NCBI GenBank assembly: GCA_020184695.1
Contig: JAANOX010000227.1
Span: forward strand, 1 to 64,000
Direction of reading: 5' to 3'
Source of the DNA: Histomonas meleagridis 2922-C6/04-290x
Lineage: Eukaryota; Protista; Parabasalia
Length of the DNA: 64,000 bases
Shown here: piece after piece, positions 22,166 through 33,405 of the stretch
Layout of the letters: each line of letters begins with the position of its first letter
Position numbering within the stretch: position 1 is the first letter of the stretch
The notes under the pieces: model-generated
Seen by the model: the letters and a program-made list of their open reading frames with translations, nothing else
The model's database searches: none
Told to the model about the DNA's origin: nothing
Made by a program: the position numbers and the translations under genes

Positions 22166-22882
22166 ATGTTTTCCCTTTTTGTTGCATTTGCGCTTTCATG
22201 GGGTTCTAAATCACATAAATCTATTGCCAGCCATACGCTGGCGATTCTTAAGAAAGATAAGCCAGACGTATATACTTTTTATCATGTTGATGCTTGGAGC
22301 AAAGTATATCAAGGTTCATATGATCCTGATAAAGTTGAGGCAGCTGCAGGAACACACTACTATGTTTATGATGGAAAAGTTAATGTAGGACAATATTATC
22401 CAAATGGAGAAAGACATGCATCAGATGAATCTGCAAGAACTCTTTTAGAAAAGCACTATGACAAAGCTTTAGCTGCATACAGAGATGGTGATGTTGAGAA
22501 TGCATTTCTTGAAATTGGACGTGCATGTCATTACGTTGAAGATATCGGCACACCACCACATGCTGCTGGAATTCAATATCCAGTTGACCCAAAGGAAACA
22601 AACTATCACAAGATTTTTGAGACATATGCAAATGGTGTAATGCCAACTACAGATTCAAAATATCATGCACTAACAGCCAACAATTACTACGGATTATTTG
22701 ATGGCGAAAAGATGGGCTACGCATTAAATGAGCTTGCAAAGACAGCTGCTTCCCAAAAGGACAAAGTTATCACCACAGATGAAACCATTTGGGACGAGGC
22801 AATCGTTGCAACTGCAAAGTTCAGTGAAATATACACAGCAGTTCTCTTAGAGAAGTTCTACAGAGAGGTTAATGGAAAGTAA
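22166..22882 (+). CDS. Secreted zinc-dependent phospholipase C (alpha-toxin N-domain / PC-PLC family)
   Basis: Signal MFSLFVAFALS, then mature W-G-S-K-S-H; GTHYY, GRACHYVEDIGTPPHAA, HKIFETY zinc-ligand motifs. Confidence 0.85.
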   Translation: MFSLFVAFALSWGSKSHKSIASHTLAILKKDKPDVYTFYHVDAWSKVYQGSYDPDKVEAAAGTHYYVYDGKVNVGQYYPNGERHASDESARTLLEKHYDKALAAYRDGDVENAFLEIGRACHYVEDIGTPPHAAGIQYPVDPKETNYHKIFETYANGVMPTTDSKYHALTANNYYGLFDGEKMGYALNELAKTAASQKDKVITTDETIWDEAIVATAKFSEIYTAVLLEKFYREVNGK

Positions 22883-23161
22883 AAAACACTTATTGACAAT
22901 GTCACTTTTTATATAAAGCCAATATTTCGAAATATTTCTAACGAACACATTCTTCCACGAATGAAATCGAACTCATCCTTTAAAACAGCTAGAAAATTTG
23001 CTTTTTATAATTTTTTTTTTCTCCATTATGAAAATTATACTATTTTAATGATCATAATAAAAACATCACTGAAGTTGCAAAAATTGATGAGTATGTGTTG
23101 ACATTTTTCCAGAACTATCAGGTTGTCTGTGGAGATATTAAACCAGGAAATATTCGTTGGT

Positions 23162-23330
23162 AAACATATTAAATAATTAGCAAAATATATTTTGAAACAT
23201 AAAATTATTAAAGTATGTATTAAATGAAAGAAATAAATATTTTTTGCATTAATATCAATTCCTTCTTGTTCAAGAAGTAATAAAACTATTTCTTTTTGAT
23301 TATATGTAGACGCATTACCAATTGATAATG
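23162..23330 (-). pseudogene. Isolated ankyrin fragment with a four-spacer cluster
   Basis: EIVLLLLEQEGIDINAKN followed by 77 nt parsing as 17/AAT/17/TAT/17/GCT/17; no ankyrin downstream. Confidence 0.65.
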
Positions 23331-24008
23331 ATGATCCTATTTCTTTTTGTTCTTTTCTTTCGGGTATTAAAAATATCGATAAATTACGAAGTGACAAATT
23401 TCGGCTATCGAAAGACATATCGGTAGTGCTAAAGTCGATTACTCGTGTATATTACCGATAATTCCTTTGCTTTTCCGTTGCAATAGTAAAAGTTTAATCA
23501 TTAGTTGTATGAGCGTTTTATTTAGAGGGATAAATGAAGGGCCTTATTTGGCACCTAAATTATGTATAGAAGCATTATCGACATTAGTGGAGAAATTACA
23601 TAATATGGACGTGAAAAATAGCGCAATGATTGTGACCGGTATTTATTTCGCTTATTGCGGATTGAAAGGAGAGTTAAGAAATAAGGCCGGCGAATTGTTG
23701 ACGGCAATATTAGGAAAACCTGGCCAAAAAATTTATTCTAGAAATTGTGCTTCGTTTTCTAAAGCATTAAATGAGCCATATGCTATTAAATTTAACTTTT
23801 ATAAATTGTGATGGATCTCATTGATTTCTTTTTCTTCTAGCAGATGATGTAACTTATTGAGTTTTTATTAAATAAGAAACGTCTTTAGAACGTTTGCAGA
23901 TATCGAATATAATTACAGTAATTATAACTGACATTATAAAAAAGAAAATTATTAAGAGTTATGTTATTATGATCTGTTTTGGTTGACTTTTTTTAAGTAT
24001 TTCCATGA

Positions 24009-27000
24009 TTATGTCTTCAAAAGTAAAATATTACAATGTATTTTGTGAATTTGATGACTTTCAGTAGTTTGTGTGCTGATGTTAACTTTTGTTTTTGAAT
24101 TTTCCTTTTTATTGTCTTCTTTATTCACTTGAAATTCGAGTTGATTTTGTTCATCTGTAAAATTATTTTCAGTATTTATCGAAAGCCAAGAAGTGAAATT
24201 CATAGAAGAAGATTCTGAATTAGAATTTTCTTTTGCACCTTTTTCACGAAGTAAATTTTCGATTATGGTATAACCATTTTGTTGTGCGATTTGAATTGCT
24301 GTATAAAATTACTAAAACATATTTCAAATTATTTAAACATATTTTAAATTATTAAAACATATTCTAAATTATTAAAACATATTCCAAATTATTAAAAAAT
24401 ATTTTAAATTATTAAAACATATATAAAATTATTAAAACATATTCTAAATTATTAAAATGAATATTTTTTGCATTAACATCAATTCCTTCTTTTTCTAAAA
24501 GTAATTTTACTATTTCTATATTATTATTTCTAACTGCTATATGAAGTGCTGTTTCAAATTATTAAAAAATATTTTAAATTATTAAAACATATTATAAATT
24601 ATTAAAACATATTCCAAATTATTAAAACATATATAAAATTATTAAAACATATTTCAAATTATTAAAACATATTCCAAATTATTAAAAAATATTTTAAATT
24701 ATTAAAACATATATAAAATTATCAAAACATATTATAAATTATTAAAATGAATAGTTTTTGCATTAACATCAATTCCTTTATCTAAAAGTAATTTTACGAT
24801 TTCTATATTATTATTTTTAACTGCTATATGAAGTGCTGTTTCAAATTATTAAAAAATATTCCAAATTATTAAAAAATATTTTAAATTATTAAAACATATA
24901 TAAAATTATTAAAACATATTTCAAATTATTAAAATGAATATTTTTTGCATTAACATCAATTCCTTCTTTGTCTAAAAGTAATTTTACTATTTCTATATTA
25001 TTATTTCTAACTGCTATATGAAGTGCTGTTTCAAATTATTAAAAAATATTCCAAATCATTAAAACATATATAAAATTATTAAAACATATTTCAAATTATT
25101 AAAACATATTCCAAATTATTCAAATGAATGTCTTTTACATTAACATCAATTCCTTCTTTATTTAAAAGTAGTTTTACTATTTCTATATTATTATTTCTAA
25201 CTGCTATGTGAAGTGCTGTTTCAAATTATTAAAACATATAAAAAATTATTAAAACATATCCAAAATTATTAAAACATATTATAAATTATTAAAATGAATA
25301 TTTGTTGCATTAACATCAATTCCTTCTTTGTCTAAAAGTAATTTTACTATTTCTATATTATTATTTCTAACTGCTATATGAAGTGCTGTTTCAAATTATT
25401 AAAAAATATTTCAAATTATTAAAACATATTCTAAATTATTAAAACATATTTCAAATTATTAAAAAATATTTTAAATTATTAAAACATATATAAAATTATT
25501 AAAACATACCCTAAATTACCCAAATGAATATTTTTTGCATTAACATCAATTCCTTTTTCTAAAAGTAATTTTACTATTTCTATATTATTATTTCTAACTG
25601 CTATATGAAGTGCTGTTTCAAATTATTAAAAAATATTTTAAATTATTAAAACATATTATAAATTATTAAAATGAATAGTTTTTGCTTTAACATCAATTCC
25701 TTTATCTAAAAGTAATTTTACGATTTCTATATTATTATTTTTAACTGCTATATGAAGTGCTGTTTCAAATTATTAAAAAATATTACAAATTATTAAAACA
25801 TATATAAAATTATTAAAACATATTTTAAATTATTAAAACATATCCAAAATTATTCAAATAAAAAGTTTTTGCATTAACATCAATTCCTTTTTCTAAAAGT
25901 AATTTTACTATTTCTATATTATTATTTCTAACTGCTATGTGAAGTGCTGTTTCAAATTATTAAAACATATAAAAAATTATTAAAACATATCCAAAATTAT
26001 TAAAACATATTATAAATTATTAAAATGAATATTTGTTGCATTAACATCAATTCCTTCTTTGTCTAAAAGTAATTTTACTATTTCTATATTATTATTTCTA
26101 ACTGCTATATGAAGTGCTGTTTCAAATTATTAAAAAATATTTCAAATTATTAAAACATATTCTAAATTATTAAAACATATTTCAAATTATTAAAAAATAT
26201 TTTAAATTATTAAAACATATATAAAATTATTAAAACATACCCTAAATTACCCAAATGAATATTTTTTGCATTAACATCAATTCCTTTTTCTAAAAGTAAT
26301 TTTACTATTTCTATATTATTATTTCTAACTGCTATATGAAGTGCTGTTTCAAATTATTAAAAAATATTTTAAATTATTAAAACATATTATAAATTATTAA
26401 AATGAATAGTTTTTGCTTTAACATCAATTCCTTTATCTAAAAGTAATTTTACGATTTCTATATTATTATTTTTAACTGCTATATGAAGTGCTGTTTCAAA
26501 TTATTAAAACATATTACAAATTATTAAAACATATCCAAAATTATTCAAATAAAAAGTTTTTGCATTAACATCAATTCCTTTTTCTAAAAGTAATTTTACT
26601 ATTTCAATATTATTATTTCTAACTGGTATATGAAGTGCTGTTTCAAATTATTTAAACATATTTCAAATTATTTAAACATATCCAAAATTATTAAAACATA
26701 TTCTAAATTATTAAAATGAATAGTTTTTGCATTAACATCAATTCCTTTTTGCTCTAAAACATATTTCACAAGTTCAATATTTCCTGATTCTGAAGCAAAT
26801 AATAAAATATCTTTTGGAATTTGGTTATTTTGAAGGAAATATTTCAAGAGAAATAAATTTCCATTTCTTGCTGATTCGTTTATATTATCAGCATTAACAA
26901 TAATTCCGTTTTCTTCTAAAAATTCTAAAATTTCATAGTTATCTTTTTTAATACAAAAACTTATCAAATCATTTGTTTTATCTTTAGACATTTTTGGTAT

Positions 27001-27948
27001 TGATTGTGTTTTTTCTAATTTGTTTTCATAAATATATTTAAAGATATCATTTTGATGAAATTGAATTGCTGTTTCATATGCATCTTTAAATGAAGAATGA
27101 TTTTGTTCACATAAATGAATGATTTCTTCATTTCCACCTGCAACTGCATATTTACCTGCATTTTCTACATTTGCACCATTTATAAGTAAATATTTAAAAC
27201 ATTTTACTGAAGAAAAAAATGCTGCATATTCAATTAATGTAACCCAATCATTAACAAATGAATATCTTTCATAAAGTGATGGTTCAATTTTCTGATTAAA
27301 ATCAAAATTATTTTGTGATGATATTTCTTGAAGTTTTTCTATTTCATCATTTCGAATTATTTTCGCAATTTCTTTCGGATTAACTCCTTCTATAATTAAT
27401 TTCTTATGAAGCTCCCAATCATTCTTTGAAAGTTCTTCATAATTTTTGAAAAAAGTATATTCAAAGTAATATTGACTTCTATTGGTTTTGTTTTCTTCTT
27501 CTGTTTTATAATGTGCAAAATATAATGATTGAATTTTTTTGGTGATATTTAAATCAATTAAATTTTGTTTAATCATTTGTGCTATCACATAATGAGATTC
27601 TTGTGTACTGATTCCAGATATATACTTAATAAAAATTGAAATTAGATTACCTATATTTTGATTAATTTCTTCTTCTTTTTTTTGAAGTGTTTTTAAAAAA
27701 ATTAAGTAAATATCAAATGTATTTCTTTGTGATGAAAATGCATTAAATACTAATTTGCATGCAATAATATTAAATGTGTTGGGGAAATTTGAATCGAATA
27801 TCTTCACCGTGTCTTGAACAGTTGCCAGAAAATTTTCTTGGGTTAAGCCGAATATAAGCCTTTCAAGTTCAATCAATTTTGGGACAGCTAGGATTGAATG
27901 TTTGGAATTTTTATAATTTGGCGTTTCACCATTAGTCATTTGTCTCAA
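24009..27948 (-). CDS. DUF3447-type ankyrin-repeat protein interrupted by 13 clusters (68 copies) of 17-nt spacers
   Basis: The 26668-27948 ORF continues, after spacer removal, through 12 ETALHIAVRNNNIEIVKLLLE(K/KE)GIDVNAK-type repeats and a cap (YTAIQIAQQNGYTIIENLLREKGA) that is in frame with ORF 24009-24203. Confidence 0.8.
24306..26721 (-). repeat. Nested tandem array: ankyrin exons alternating with (17-nt spacer + 1 codon)n; includes a 731-bp higher-order duplication
   Basis: 20-nt unit ATATGTTTTAATAATTT+NNN; cluster spans of 57, 77, 97, 137, 157 and 197 nt, all 20m-3. Confidence 0.95.
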
Positions 27949-28950
27949 TTCTTAGATTTATATATCGGTTTATTCAAAATTCTATCATAAACGAATGGTG
28001 GGGATCACTTTTCACACCACAATTCATACTCCAAACACAAAAATGCTACCATTTACTTGAACAACAATAGTGTAAGCAAAAAAAGACTTCTAAAAAATGA
28101 ACCTTATCCTTAATCAAATCAAGCCAAATTTTCTTAATAATGCGGTTTTCGAGTTGACTTTTTGTAAGCATTGCTTACTAAGCAATAAATATTTGAAATT
28201 AAAAAATAATAATATCCAAAAAATATAAGAGTGAATTCACTTATAGACATGTGGTATTGGATTTAATCTCGGACCAATTACACAACCGCACATCGAACCT
28301 CCAAAACCTCTCAATCGATTTTTAGAGCTTGTCAATTTAATACGTTATTTTTTCAATTTGATTTTCAATAAAAATATAAATGACACATATTTTAAATGAA
28401 AATAGAAATTCCTTTAAAAAAGTGAAATCGTTTTAAAGCACATCATATAGATATTTTTAATGAACCTAGTTGTTCTTAATCTTAAAGAATATTGTGAAAA
28501 GGCAAAAATTACATCATCGAAAGCCAAAAGATATCAATTATTTTGCCCACCTTTAATTAATGGAATTGATTATTCCGATGTATTAACAGATGCATCTGTT
28601 AATTGGATCTTCCGAATTTAATGAATTAAATCATGATTTATTTAAAAAGATAAAAATCCCTATTAACAGAAGCAGGAATTGACAAATAAAAAGTTGATTA
28701 TGTTGTAATGGTCGGAGGTTCATCGCGAATCCCAGCAGTTGTAGATAAGATCAAGAAAATGTTTGGTGAAGAAAAAGTATGCAAAAACATTGATCCTGAA
28801 GAAGCTGTAGTTAGATGAGCTGTAATTGTCGCTACTAATTTAGGCAAACATGATGATGATGAATATCCGATCATAATTTATAGGCCGATCGTTTCACATC
28901 GATTAGGTGTCGAAAATGAAAGTAAGTATATGGATATATAGCAGTGTATA

Positions 28951-30193
28951 TTAAATACCCGGACTCCAGCTATATAAATGTAATATGTAAATAAAACATA
29001 TATAAATATATATTTCATTTATGAGGAATTTTAAATATAAAATATAATTTTAAAATTACAAGGATTCATTGAAATAAGGGGAATTTAAATCATCAAAAAC
29101 TGAAAATTGTCATTTTTTTAAATGCTTGAACAAAGATATGTTATATTTTTTTCGATGAAAAAAGGATAAAATGGAAAGCAAATTATTAATGAACTAGAAA
29201 ATGTTTATGGGGAGGATACATACAAACGAACGCAGGTATACTTCTGGATATCAGAAATAAAGAGCGGTCGGGAAGATCTAAACAATTTAGATATACTTGG
29301 AAGATTCATATCCGAAGGAATTGATGACAAAATTTTATATTGGCTCAATAAAGAACCTTTTGTCACAGTTAGAAGATTAGCATTTCTATGCGGTCATAGA
29401 CCAATCACAATTAAAAAAGTTTTAACTCAAACATTAGGTTTCAAAAAGTATCATCTTCAATGGGTACCACACATGTTAACGTCTGCCCTGAAAAAGAAAC
29501 GGGTACATTATGCAAAATCAATTTTGCAACAACTTAGAATTTTTAAAATGAAAGGATATCATCATGTAATAACTGGTGATGAGTCCTGGATTTATTTACG
29601 GTATTATCACAAAATAATGTATTCACAAGATCGAGAAAATGTACCAAAGAAACCAAGACGGTTAATTGAGGAGCCAAAATATATGTTTACAATATTTTGG
29701 TATCCTTGGGATTTTTATATTATCGATGTTTTACCAAAACATAATAAATTTAATTCTAACTACTTCATTAATAATATACTTCGACCATTTGAAATTAAAT
29801 TATATCCTGAAGGAAGAAATCCACATTCAAAAAAGTATACAGTCCACTTTGACAATGCAAGACCTCACACTTCATTAAAAACAAGATCTTTTATATCTAA
29901 TTCCGAACTGGCTCAACTTGAACATCCACCATACTCTCCTGATATTTCTCCAAGTGACTTCTATTTATTTGGGAAATTAAAAAATAGTATGAATGGTTAT
30001 ATGTTCGAAAACGAACAGGATTTGTATGACTATATCACTAATTATTTGAAGAATATTAATCATGACGAATTAATGTCTGTATTTGATGAATGGATTCACA
30101 GATTAGAAACAATAATCAGCAGTAATGGGGAATACTATTCCAAGTAAAAAAAACATTTGAAATTGCTTTTGTATTTGTAGTCCGGGTATTTAT
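28951..30193 (+). mobile_element. Mariner (DD34D) transposon, about 1.24 kb
   Basis: Inverted repeat core TAAATACCCGGACT (28952-28965) and AGTCCGGGTATTTA (30179-30192), TA on both flanks. Confidence 0.9.
29122..30147 (+). pseudogene. Mariner transposase with one premature TAA at 29167
   Basis: MLEQRYVIFFSMKKG*NGKQIINELENVYG... in frame with WVPHML, TGDESW, HFDNARPH, YSPDISPSDFYLF. Confidence 0.85.
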
Positions 30194-31743
30194 TATATTT
30201 TACTATAATAATTAAGAAAGGAACAAAAGTTCCAACACAACTTTGTTCTCCACATTTCTAAACTACGAAAATGAATTCATTTCAGTGGAGAAGACGTGGA
30301 GATCCAATTAGTATTTCAATTAATGATAATTATGGTGCACCATGAACAACAACCATTGAACTTTAAAGTTCAAGCAGAACGAATTTTTGCAGAACCATAT
30401 GTAAAACATTGAGTGTCGTTACATCAATTCAATATTTTACACTCAAGTCTTCTTTTTATTATTCGAAAGATGGTTTTCCATATTGTTTAACTTTGTGTTC
30501 TTGAAAGAGCAACTCTTGATGATAATGCAACTTCCTATATTCTTTTCCTTAGATTATGAATTTGAAGAAAAAATTCTTAATTCACATGGAAAAAGTCATG
30601 ATGCACCAAAGAAAATATTTGAACCGAATTGGTTAATTACACCTAATTTTCTCGGTCAATGGTTTTAGGTAGTGATGAAATAGATAATATTTTTCATTTT
30701 AGACATAATATTCCATTCAAAGAATATTGTATTATTTTAAAAAAAATCATCATGGTTCTTTGTTATTATTTCTTTTTTGTAAACTTTATTGTCTCATATA
30801 TTATTCATATGACTTATTGTAAATGATATCATTTACAAAGATTGGGATTCTAAATAAAGAAGAATGCATTTTTTGGATCATATAAAGAAAAAGAATTATT
30901 AATCAAAAAATGGGAAAAACCGATCTTGGGCGATCATCAGATAAAGCTATTATTTTAAATAAAGGTTATGATGAAACAAATTTAGTTAATGAATTAAATT
31001 CAAATGATATGAAAGAAGCTGCAAAATTTAGAGGTATTGAATGTTTATCAGATGAAATGAGAAAGGCTATTTAATTACACGATTAAAAAGGAAATGTGCT
31101 TTTGGACATATATATCATATGACACCAAATCCAATATTAAAGGTGGTCATTGGTTTCCTGAATGGAGTTATGATACAATATCAAAAGTTAATCCATTTTT
31201 TGCATAAGTTTGGAATTCACTTCATAACAAAATAGAAAATAATTTTTATGATCTTGATATTTACAAGGACTATGATGAGATCAAAGCGTTTATCAAATTT
31301 GAAATGCATTTCTAGTATTGTTATCATTTCTTTGACAATGTTATGCTTTGCCCTAGTTTGAATTTAACAAAGAAGCACAAGATCTTGAATCTCCTTTACA
31401 ACTTGCTCAAAAATGTTTAGAAATTGTTTATGAAGATTTTGATAAAGTCAAATGAAAGAGAATATAATTGGTCTCTTGGTGTAACATTTTGTTAACTCCT
31501 TTTTATTTTCTTCCATTTTCCGGTAATAGAAGACAGAGCATATTATAACTAAAAAGGCGACGAAACCCTCAAAAAAATTATATATAAAGATTTTTAATGT
31601 ATTAATAACATTGTTTAGATCTAATGAAGAATAACAAAACAAATGAAAACAAATATTTCGAATTTGGGATATTTTAAAATAAAATATAAAAAAATAAAAA
31701 AGAAAAAAAGAAAAACATTCGGAAATAGAAACAACATTAACAT

Positions 31744-32892
31744 TTACATATCATTATCGTTTGCTTTCGATTGAATCAATTTGATCAGTTGACCGATTTT
31801 CATTGATGTATTTTCTTCTCTAAACTCTGCATTACACAAATACTCAAACAAATCACTTGTCACATGTCCCATAGCTTCATTCTGTTCCATGCAAATCAAG
31901 GAATATATTAAATCTGCTGCAAAGAAACCAATTGAACTTGCTTCAGTAATTCCTTGTATGAAGTCTCCTGCCTTTTCGATGATTTCATTTCTAATCAATA
32001 ACAGTCTTACATTACTTGATACATAAGGAACTGTATAATCGAAAAATTTTATGAATTCTTCTTTGATGCACACCAAATTGTCATCGAATAATGATAAACA
32101 CAACTGATAAAATGAGTCGTCAATCCCTGCTTCCTTAATAAAGTCCGCAACAAATCGAAGAGAATTTCGAAGATAAATTACATCACCTGATTTGATGCAC
32201 TGACAAATGAATTCAAAGACTTTGAAAAATTGAATATCATCGGCATTCAAATGGAGCTTTTTGAGTGGAATGAAAATGCCTGGACTTTGGATCTGAAAAA
32301 GTCTTTGAAGAATGCATTTCTTATCAGGTGGTTCCATATAGGTAAGAAGAGCATTAAGAGAATTAATAAAATATTCATCCGGTAATTGGAGAACAATTGG
32401 CCAATAATCAGGATGTGGATACATTGTAAGGATGTTCTCGAAAATAATGTGAAAATTTTCATCAGGGAAGTATTTAATACATTCTTTTGACAGTATAAAG
32501 GAAAATTGCTTGTCTTCAATAAATTTAATCAAAAAACATATAAGACCACAAATGATTTCTCGCATTTCAGGATCATTTGAACTTATTAGCCTTTGGAATA
32601 AATATTCAAAAAAAGTTTGTTCATTTAAAATTTTAAGGTCAATTCCTTCAAAATTTAATTTGTTGAGAAGAGTCCGTAGCTCATAAACGGTTTGAAACAT
32701 ATTCATTATGGAGGCTTCTATTTGGCCACTTTGAAAAATGAAATTAATTGTTTGCAGGAACTGTTCTGTGAATTGAGGCCTAATCAATTCTTTTTGTTCC
32801 AAAGGCTTAGGTTCATCTTGTGGCTTAAAAAGAGCTTTTTTCCTTTGGCGTTTCAATTTCTGACTTGAATTAGCATGAATATTACCAATCAT
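31744..32892 (-). CDS. Hypothetical protein, probably helical (ARM/HEAT-like)
   Basis: 382-aa open frame, basic N-terminal motif KRQRKK; no family recognised. Confidence 0.55.
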   Translation of the reverse strand: MIGNIHANSSQKLKRQRKKALFKPQDEPKPLEQKELIRPQFTEQFLQTINFIFQSGQIEASIMNMFQTVYELRTLLNKLNFEGIDLKILNEQTFFEYLFQRLISSNDPEMREIICGLICFLIKFIEDKQFSFILSKECIKYFPDENFHIIFENILTMYPHPDYWPIVLQLPDEYFINSLNALLTYMEPPDKKCILQRLFQIQSPGIFIPLKKLHLNADDIQFFKVFEFICQCIKSGDVIYLRNSLRFVADFIKEAGIDDSFYQLCLSLFDDNLVCIKEEFIKFFDYTVPYVSSNVRLLLIRNEIIEKAGDFIQGITEASSIGFFAADLIYSLICMEQNEAMGHVTSDLFEYLCNAEFREENTSMKIGQLIKLIQSKANDNDM

Positions 32893-33405
32893 AAAAAATG
32901 AATCACCAATTCCTTCAGGCGGCCGTTAAGCAAAAATTGAATACACTTTAACGGACGGATGAATTCACTATTTAAGCGGCCGTTTTCAATGAAACATCCT
33001 TTAAGACATGCTGCATCAAATTTTGGATTCCACAAATTTTCTTAAATGAAATTGTTTGAGCTTAAAATTCAAAAATTGTTGATTTTACGAATTTACATGT
33101 ATTCAATAAAGTGATCATTATAATATAAAGCCACCAATAATTTTACCCAATTTGAGGTTCATGTTAATACCTTGTTTTTAAATTTATGAAATTTTTCAAA
33201 TGTAACTATTTGTAATTAATAGTAAATCCTTATTTACCAAAAATTTTATGGAGTATCATATTTCGGTTCCATGTGTGGAGTTAAAATATGTAATTACTTA
33301 TATATAAAAATCTAAATAGAAAACAAGAGAATCATTCTCAATGAACGTTTAATATTTTGAAGTGCCACTTTTTAGTATAAAGTACGTTTACACATTCGGA
33401 AAAAA

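Larger units (their letters stand above)
28490..30400 (+). pseudogene. Hsp70-family remnant split by the mariner
   Basis: VDYVVMVGGSSRIPAVVDKIKKMFG...KNIDPEEAVV and HRLGVE left of the element, IIKKGTKVPT right of it; stops and frameshifts. Confidence 0.7.

Noticed and set aside
24306-26721. CRISPR-like array (constant repeats with variable spacers)
   Set aside because: The constant part encodes ankyrin repeats, the variable part is built from a 20-nt module, the context is eukaryotic and no cas genes are present.
30780-31440. Coding-like fragments (KGYDETNLVNELNSNDMKEAAKFRGIECLS; GHISYDTKSNIKGGHWFPEW)
   Set aside because: Multiple stops and shifts, no family recognised.
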